Below, one piece after another: positions 57,544 to 64,000 of a stretch of 64,000 nucleotides of DNA (within the stretch, counting starts at the first letter, position 1; each line of letters opens with the position of its first letter). The notes beneath the pieces were generated by a model. It saw only the letters and a list, made by a program, of their open reading frames with translations, was not told the DNA's origin and made no database searches. Source of the DNA: an uncultured Chloroflexia bacterium (GTDB lineage Bacteria; Chloroflexota; Limnocylindria; Limnocylindrales; CSP1-4); NCBI GenBank assembly GCA_963715295.1, contig CAVQRP010000006.1, positions 155,585-219,584 of the forward strand. Reading direction: 5' to 3'. The translations under genes and the position numbers were made by a program.

Positions 57544-58771
57544 CGGGCTGCCCCCGTGGTTTCGACGAGTGATCCTCCTCGCCGAGCTCGGCGAAGTAGC
57601 GCATGCGGGACTCACCATCAGGGAAGGTGGGGTTGAGCCGGCCCTCGCCATCGACATAGCCGGCCTTGCCCTCGCGACGAAGCTGCTGGTGCGCGGCCAC
57701 GATGCAGGTGCCTTCCCAGCAGATGTCCTTCACCATCGGGGACAGCGGGATGCCTCCCCGGCATCTGGGCTCTACCGGGATCCGTTCGAGGGTGTTGTGC
57801 TCCGTGCCGACCATGGTGAAGATGCCGGCGTCCCGCCAGGCCCTGACGTACGCGTCGACGGTCTCGGGCGAGTTGCGCAGTGGGATGAGCTCCGCGCCGT
57901 AGATCTCGTAGCCGAGCATGCGCTCGATGAGCGCATCGACCGGGTCCTCGAAGCCGCAGATGGGGATGATCCCGTCTGCCACGGTGGGATAGACAGGGAT
58001 GGCGTCCAGGCCGAGCACGTAGGCGAGACCATCGGTGAAGGGGATGGGCGTCTCTTCGACGAACGCGGGGCAGCCGGCCTTCATGAGCCGCGAGCGCAGC
58101 TCGCCCTGCGTGCCCACGGCGTCATCGACGGTGGCCCGGGCCGGCTGTCCGTAGACCTTCCCGAGGAGGGCGCCCCGCCGCTCGGCCGGGACCTGCTCGA
58201 ACAGGGCCAGCTGGAATCCCAGCGCGACATGCCGTTCCTGGAGCACGACCCACTCGGCCGGGACCTGGGCGCGCGCTGCGACAGCGGCGACGATGCTGCC
58301 GTAGCCGACCTCGAGATCGACCCCGGCCTCCGAGAAGAGGCCAACGATGAGCTCGACCATCTGCCGGGTGCGGGCCTCGTTGGAGGCCCTGGCGCCGTCC
58401 ATGAAGCGTTTCGTCGCCGCGCTGGGTGAGGTCGGTGCCGGGATGCCCTTGCCGCAGATATAGGCACGACCCGGGTTGTCCGGGTCGTTGATCTTGACGC
58501 CGTTGCGCTGCTCCTCCGCCAGGACCGAGATGAACTCGAGTCCGAAGAGCGGCGCGATGCCGTGCTTCCTGGCCGCGGCCTCGAAGCGGTCATACACGCC
58601 GAAGTCGTGGAAGTTGGAGGAGCCGATGACGCGGACGTCCTCGCGCGCGGCTGTCTCGATGGCGTCCTCGACGGTCTCGAAGGCCGAGAAGTTGGGTGGC
58701 AGGTGGACATGGGTGTTGAAGGCGGGCCGCTTCTCCACCGGGAGGCGGCCGTACCGGGTCGGGCTGGTCAT
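57500..58771 (-). CDS. metal-dependent hydrolase-like (PHP/amidohydrolase-type) protein of unknown function
   Basis: 423 aa with N-terminal NTHVHLPPNFSAF (HxH metal motif) and a later GTEHN. It overlaps the downstream gene start by 44 nt, so its 3' end is uncertain. Confidence 0.5.
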   Translation of the reverse strand: MTSPTRYGRLPVEKRPAFNTHVHLPPNFSAFETVEDAIETAAREDVRVIGSSNFHDFGVYDRFEAAARKHGIAPLFGLEFISVLAEEQRNGVKINDPDNPGRAYICGKGIPAPTSPSAATKRFMDGARASNEARTRQMVELIVGLFSEAGVDLEVGYGSIVAAVAARAQVPAEWVVLQERHVALGFQLALFEQVPAERRGALLGKVYGQPARATVDDAVGTQGELRSRLMKAGCPAFVEETPIPFTDGLAYVLGLDAIPVYPTVADGIIPICGFEDPVDALIERMLGYEIYGAELIPLRNSPETVDAYVRAWRDAGIFTMVGTEHNTLERIPVEPRCRGGIPLSPMVKDICWEGTCIVAAHQQLRREGKAGYVDGEGRLNPTFPDGESRMRYFAELGEEDHSSKPRGQPDDRPDHHSASSRAG

Positions 58772-58923
58772 CGCCTTCGAGTCTAGCCACCTCGGTCCTC
58801 CCGAGTGCCGTCACGGAGGTCGCCTCCAGACGGTCCGTTCGGCAGGTTCGCTGCGATCCTGCCAGCCGGCCGATGATTCCGAGCGGCCATGACCCCACGC
58901 CCGCCGCAGGCTACCCTCTGCCG

Positions 58924-59868
58924 ATGCGCGCATCCACAGCGCCCGACACGGGCCACCGCAGACCCCGCGTCGCCATCGGCGATGACGTCGAGCTCAGCGT
59001 CATCGAGCACGACGCCATGTCCGGGGTCGACAGCGCGCCCCGGGATCCGGTCTTCGTGCTGGTCCACGGACTCGCCTCCAACGCGCGGACCTGGGATGGT
59101 GTCGCTGTGGCCCTGGCCGCCAGGGGGCGTCGCAGCTATGCCGTGGACCTGCGCGGCCACGGCCGGTCATCCAAGCCCGACGCGGGCTATGACGTGCCCG
59201 GCGTGGCGGCCGACCTGGACCGACTCATCGCCAGGCTGTCGGACGCTCCGGTCGTGCTCGCCGGCCAGTCCTGGGGCGGCAACGTGGTCATCGAGGCCGC
59301 GGCGCGGTTCCCGCAGCGGATCGGCGCGGTGTGCGGCGTGGACGGCGGCGCCATCCGCCTGGCCGCTGTCTTCCCGCAGTGGGAGCGCTGTGCGGAGGAG
59401 CTGGCGCCGCCACCGCTCGCGGGGATGGCCGGCGACGTCTTCGAGCGGCACATCCGCAGGGCCCATCCAGACTGGCCCGAGCCCGGCATCGTGGGTACCC
59501 TGGCCAACGTGGAGTGGCGCGCGGACGGCACGGTGGCCCCGTGGCTCACTCGCGCGCGCCACATGCTGGTGCTGCGCGGTCTCTGGGAGCACGACCCTCG
59601 CTCGGCCTATCCGCACATCCGCGGGCCGGCGCTGCTCATCGCCGTGCGCGACGCTGGCTCCGGCCGCAGGACGGACCATCACACTGGGACCTGGGAGCGG
59701 CATCGCGAGCGCGCGCTGGCTGAGGCCATGGCGGCCCTGCCTGACGGCGAGCTGGTGTGGTTCGATGGGGCCGATCATGACGTCCACGCCCAGCATCCCG
59801 AACGGGTCGCTGAACTGCTGCTGGGTCTGTCCGGCCGGATGATCGCCGCAGGCCGCGCCGCCGGATGA
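58924..59868 (+). CDS. alpha/beta hydrolase
   Basis: VFVLVHGLASN, DLRGHGRS and LAGQSWGG (nucleophile elbow). An alternative upstream start is at 58873. Confidence 0.8.
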   Translation: MRASTAPDTGHRRPRVAIGDDVELSVIEHDAMSGVDSAPRDPVFVLVHGLASNARTWDGVAVALAARGRRSYAVDLRGHGRSSKPDAGYDVPGVAADLDRLIARLSDAPVVLAGQSWGGNVVIEAAARFPQRIGAVCGVDGGAIRLAAVFPQWERCAEELAPPPLAGMAGDVFERHIRRAHPDWPEPGIVGTLANVEWRADGTVAPWLTRARHMLVLRGLWEHDPRSAYPHIRGPALLIAVRDAGSGRRTDHHTGTWERHRERALAEAMAALPDGELVWFDGADHDVHAQHPERVAELLLGLSGRMIAAGRAAG

Positions 59869-59912
59869 TCGCCGCGGGACGCGGCCGCGGGCCCGAGCAG
59901 GCCGAAGCCTGA

Positions 59913-62724
59913 TCAGCCGGTGTTCTGGAGACCGGCCGCGACACCGCTGACGGTCAGCTGCACGAGGCGTCGCAGGTGCGGCCGGCCCGGATCGTCGTGG
60001 CGCATGGCGCGGAGACGGCCAAGGAGCATGACCTGGAGCTCGGAAAGGGAGTCGATGTAGGGGTTGCGCAGCTGGATGGAGCGCTGCAGTGAGAGCGCGG
60101 CATCGAGGAGGTGCTCCCGGCCGGTGATGCGCAGCACAGCCGCCACGGTCCGCTCGTACTCGGCGCGGATGTCCGCCCAGATGCGATCGCCGTCAGGCTT
60201 GGGGGCCAGGCCCGCGTAGCGCATGGCCACCGCCAGGTCGACCTTCGCGAGGGCCATCTCCATGACGTCGATGACGCCGGTGAAGAAGGGCGACTCCAGG
60301 TACAGCGCCTGGAGCTCCTGCGGTGGCACCAGCGCCATGGGCGGCCTCGTACTCCTCGACGGCGGAGCCCAGTCCGAACCAGGCCGGCAGGAAGGCACGC
60401 GCCTGGGCCCACGAGAACACCCAGGGGATGGCGCGCAGCGTCGGCAACGAGACCGTTCCGCCACCGCGGGCCGCCGGCCGGGATCCCAGCGCCAACTCGG
60501 AGAGCTCGGCGATGGGCGTGGCCGCGACATAGAAGGCCTCGAAGGCGGGGTCTTCCCAGACCAGGGCGCGGTAGGCACGCGACGAACGCTCGGCAAGCTC
60601 CGCGATGATGGCGCTGCCGCGATCCTGCGCGGCCTTGACCTGTCGTTCGTGGCTTCGGGAGGACGCCATCAACACGGCGTTGGTGAGCTGCTCCAGGTGG
60701 CGCAGGGCGATGTCACGGTTGGCGTAGCGGTTGGCCACCACCTCGCCCTGTTCGGTGATCTTGAGGTGACCTCCCAGCGAATGCGGGGCGCTCGCCAGGA
60801 TGGCCCGGTTCATGGGTCCGCCACCACGACCGATCGCGCCGCCGCGCCCGTGGAACAGGGTCAGGCGGACGCCATGGCGCTGTGCGGCCACAGCCAGCTT
60901 GGATTCGGCTCCGTGGAGCAGCCAGGCGGCGGCCAGGGCGCCCGACTCCTTGGTGGAATCGGAGTAGCCCAGCATGACCTCCTGGTGATCGCCCCGGCGA
61001 TGGATGTGCCCACGATACTTAGGGTTGCTAAGTAGTTCATCCAGCAGCCGGTCCGCCCGTTCGAGGGCATCCGCTGATTCCAGCAGCGGTACGACGTCCA
61101 AGGTGTGCTCGTCCAGCCCGGCCTCGCGTGCCAGGGTGAGCACGTCATAGATGTCCTGCGGCGTGCGCGTGAAGCTGATGACATAGCGTTGGCAGGCTGC
61201 CGGCCCGAAGCGCTTCTGGATGTCGTCGATGGCGCGGAAGGTCTCCAGCACCTCATGGGCCGTCACGCCGTCCGCGACCAGGTGTTCATCGAGGTCGGCG
61301 CCGACCGCGATGGCCTCGAGCGTGGCGCTGTGGACCTCGCTGTGCTGGCGGACCTCGAGCGAGAGGGCATGGAACCCGAACGTCTCCACCTGCCAGCGCA
61401 GGTGCTGGACCTCACCGTAGGCGACGCGGGCCATGCCAGCGGTGACGAGCGATGCCTGGAGCTCGGCTACCTCGGCGAGCAGCTGTGCCGGCGAGGTGTA
61501 CCCGGCGCCGACCCCGCGGCCGTCCACGAGGTGGTGGCGTGTCTGTCGGAGGCGCTCGGCGATGGCGCCGAAGCGGCGTCGGTAGGGCTCCCTGGGGAAG
61601 TGGCGCTCCAGCTCCCGGTAGGCACCGGCGAGTTCCGTGCGATCCTGCTCGAGGCGTGCGGCGAGGCGAGGGTCGATGCCGTCATCGGCGTGGGTCGGCG
61701 AGACCGTCTGCATCAGCCGCGTGGCCACCGCTTCCAGTCCGTGCAGGACGTGATCGGCACCGATGGCGGCGGCCTGGCGGGTCGTGGCCGCGGTGACCCG
61801 CGGATGCCCGTCGCGATCCGACCCGACCCAGGAGCCCCAGCGCAGGAAGGGCTTGATGGCCGACGGACGAGTCCCGCTGCGGCCGGTGTCACGGGCAGGA
61901 ACGCTGCTCGGCGTGGTTTCCGGGCCGAGACCGGTCCACGGCGCCAGATCGAGCGCCCGGTCGAGTGTCCGATAGAGCCGTGGGGTGACCACGAACAGCG
62001 ATTCGTCGAAGAAGAGCAGCGCATTGCGCACCTCGTCCAACGGTGAAGGGCGCTCCAGGCGCAGGGCCGAGGTGCGCCACAGCAGCGAGATCTCCTCCCG
62101 CAGGCGCCTGCGGATCTCGGCGTCCTCGTCGGGGGTGATGCGCGAGTCGTCCAGCCGGTCGATGAGGGCGAAGACCCGGCGCAGGGCCACCAGCACGGTG
62201 CGCCGACGCGCTTCGGTGGGGTGGGCGGTCAGGACCAGGCCGATGGAGAGCTCGCTCATCAGCGCCTGGTTGCGCTCTGGCTCGTCCTCGCGAAGGAGCC
62301 GGATGATGGCCTCCTCGACCGAGCCCTCCGGACCGCCGGCCTTGGCGGTGCGGGCGCGCTGGCGTACCCGCCTCACCCGATGCTTCTCCTCGGCCAGGTT
62401 GGTCAGGTGGAAGTAGAGGCTGAAGGCCTTGATGAGGTCCTCCACCTGCTCGATCGACAGTCCTTCGAGGATGGCTCGCAGGCCGCGCTGCCGGGTCACG
62501 CTGCCGGTGGCGCGGATGTCGCCGGTGAGCTTGCGGACCCGCTCGACGATGTGGAGGAGGTCCTCCCCGGCTTGCTCGGCGATGACCTGGCCGAGGAGCG
62601 AGCCGAGCAACTTGACCTCGCGCGACAGTGGGTCCCGGGCCCGCGACGAGCCGATGCCGGCCGGCTCGGCGAGCACCGCCGGATTGGCGGTGCCGGTGCG
62701 CTGGGCGGATCTCGGTATGGTCAC
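59913..62724 (-). pseudogene. ppc: phosphoenolpyruvate carboxylase, one frame disruption
   Basis: ORF 60193..62724 has TAHPTE, VMLGYSDS and FHGRGG(A)IGRGGGP. The C-terminus (...LRNPYIDSLSELQV...TVSGVAAGLQNTG*) is in ORF 59913..60596. The frame change is near 60340. Confidence 0.8.
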
Positions 62725-62785
62725 GTCAGTCAGCGTAGCGCCGAGTGGCAGTCGGGTCGTCGGGTCCGCAAGATGGTGAAGCCGC

Positions 62786-63632
62786 CTAGCGGATCTCGGC
62801 CGTCTCGCGGGAGCCCATGACCTCGCCGCCGTCCACGCCGATGACGTTGCCCGTCATCCAGTGCGTCTGCGGCGTCGCCAGGGCCACGAGCGCATCGGCG
62901 ACATCCTCCGGCCGACCCATCCTCCCGTGCGGGTTGCGTGTGGTGGCGGCCTCCACGAGCTGCTCCCAGCCGGGGATGCGACGCAGCGCCGGCGTGTCCG
63001 TGACGCCGGCACGGATGGCATTGACGGTGATGCCGGCAGGGGCCAGTTCGAGCGCCAGCTGGCGCACGTGCGCCTCCAGTGCGGCCTTGGCCGCGCTAAC
63101 GGCGCCGTAGGTGGGCACCGCCAGGATGGCCCCCTCGCTGGACATGGCGTAGATGCGGCTACCGCGGCCCAGCAATCCCGCGTGATAGAGGTCGCGCGTC
63201 CAGTAGAGCAGGGAATGGGCCATGACGTCGGCGGTCATCTCCATCTGCCTGCGCGAGAGCTCCTTGCGGCCGGGATCGTCGCTGATGTAGTGCAGCGTGG
63301 CGCCGAAGGCGAGTGAGTGGAGCATCGCGCCGACGAAGGGATCGTTTCCGGCGGCGCGGCGCTGCTCGAAGAGCTCCCCGATGGTCCCGATGACAGCGGC
63401 GCGCTTCCCATCATCGGCGGCATTGACGTTGTAAAAGACGACCGGCACGCCGAGGCGTTCGATCTCCTCGCGCACCGCGTTGGCGGTCGCGATCGATGCC
63501 GCGCAGGTCGAGGTGGACGCCGATGATGCCGAATCCGGCACGCGCCCAGGCCCGCGCAGTAGCTGCGCCGAACCCGCTGCTGGCGCCGAGCACCAGGGCC
63601 CAGCACTCGCGCCCACCCCACTTCAACGACAT
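62786..63632 (-). pseudogene. SDR / enoyl-(acyl-carrier-protein) reductase-like oxidoreductase, one frame disruption
   Basis: Start MSLKWGGRECWALVLGASSGFG (ATG at 63632, GGAGGTG upstream) in the frame of ORF 63411..63875. The rest (YGAVSAAKAALE..., ITVNAIRAG) is in ORF 62786..63616. The frame change is near 63490. Confidence 0.65.
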
Positions 63633-63759
63633 GGTCACCTCCCGCTCGCAGTGTACCGGCGCCTCGGCCCAGCGTGGCCGGGGCGCTCTCGAGTGGGCGG
63701 GTCTGTGGCCGACGAAGGTCCGGCTCCAGCGTGAGCCGGAGCCGGGTTCGACTTGACGG

Positions 63760-64000
63760 CTACTCGCCGTCTTCCAGCTCGGCCTCGGCCCGCATGGCCG
63801 CACCCAGGCTGACCAGCTCCTGGACGCCGATCCACTCGTTGGCCAGCATGACCCCACCGGCATCCACGACAGCATCCCGGAACGGCACCGCCCAGGCGTG
63901 TTCGATGATGAGCAGGACCCCCGCGCTGCCGTCCGGCAGCTCGTCGATGAGGTCCTCGGTGATGTCCTCGACCAGCCCGAAGCCGCCCTCGTTGGCGATC
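63760..64000 (-). CDS. hypothetical protein, C-terminal part (5' end lies outside the window)
   Basis: Minus-strand frame is open from the window edge to TAG (63762-63760). My own translation: ...IANEGGFGLVEDITEDLIDELPDGSAGVLLIIEHAWAVPFRDAVVDAGGVMLANEWIGVQELVSLGAAMRAEAELEDGE*. Confidence 0.4.
   Translation of the reverse strand, partial: IANEGGFGLVEDITEDLIDELPDGSAGVLLIIEHAWAVPFRDAVVDAGGVMLANEWIGVQELVSLGAAMRAEAELEDGE

Noticed and set aside
1-64000. A search for transposases, IS elements, phage integrases, rRNA genes and additional tRNAs.
   Set aside because: None was found. The only complete RNA gene I can fold is tRNA-Pro at 18452-18526. All other tRNA-like matches are the 39-nt 5' fragments inside the repeats.

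Overview
High-GC (roughly 68-70%) Actinomycetota-like chromosomal segment; the taxon is inferred from composition and gene content only. It falls into three parts.

(1) 1-18.5 kb is the most interesting region. It is a tandem array of at least eight small gene cassettes separated by a ~210-bp direct repeat.
- The cassettes carry four intact type II toxin-antitoxin pairs, a pRiA4b-ORF3 protein, DUF1269 and lipoprotein genes, a methyltransferase/MBL/hydrolase set, and one large cyclase-ATPase-TPR gene.
- Each full repeat holds a promoter-like segment and nt 1-39 of tRNA-Pro(UGG), bracketed by two arms that share a 17-nt core.
- The array ends at the only intact tRNA-Pro(UGG) gene (18452-18526). 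There, repeat identity stops just past the anticodon loop, 2 nt into the 3' strand of the anticodon stem.
- No integrase or transposase is present anywhere in the 64 kb.
- I read this as an integron-like or tycheposon-like accretion of integrase-less cassettes at a tRNA gene, with unusual 5'-half polarity.

(2) 18.6-31.9 kb holds mixed chromosomal genes: SRPBCC, DUF2568, a GGDEF cyclase, a PLP transsulfuration-family enzyme, resB, an ECF sigma factor with a beta-helix membrane protein, glnA, a glucose-dehydrogenase-like MDR enzyme and an MFS transporter.

(3) 31.9-58.8 kb is a deoxy-sugar (rhamnose/fucose-type) catabolic island.
- It has a non-phosphorylative gene set, a phosphorylative set (rhaB and a bifunctional aldolase/SDR), and two paralogous sugar ABC transporter operons. 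One operon is essentially intact and the other is heavily decayed.
- It is followed by an alpha/beta hydrolase, ppc, an SDR and a partial gene.

Many genes across the window carry single-nucleotide frame disruptions. I cannot tell from the sequence alone whether these are true pseudogenes or uncorrected assembly indels. Most long antisense ORFs in the track are GC-rich shadow ORFs and are not reported.
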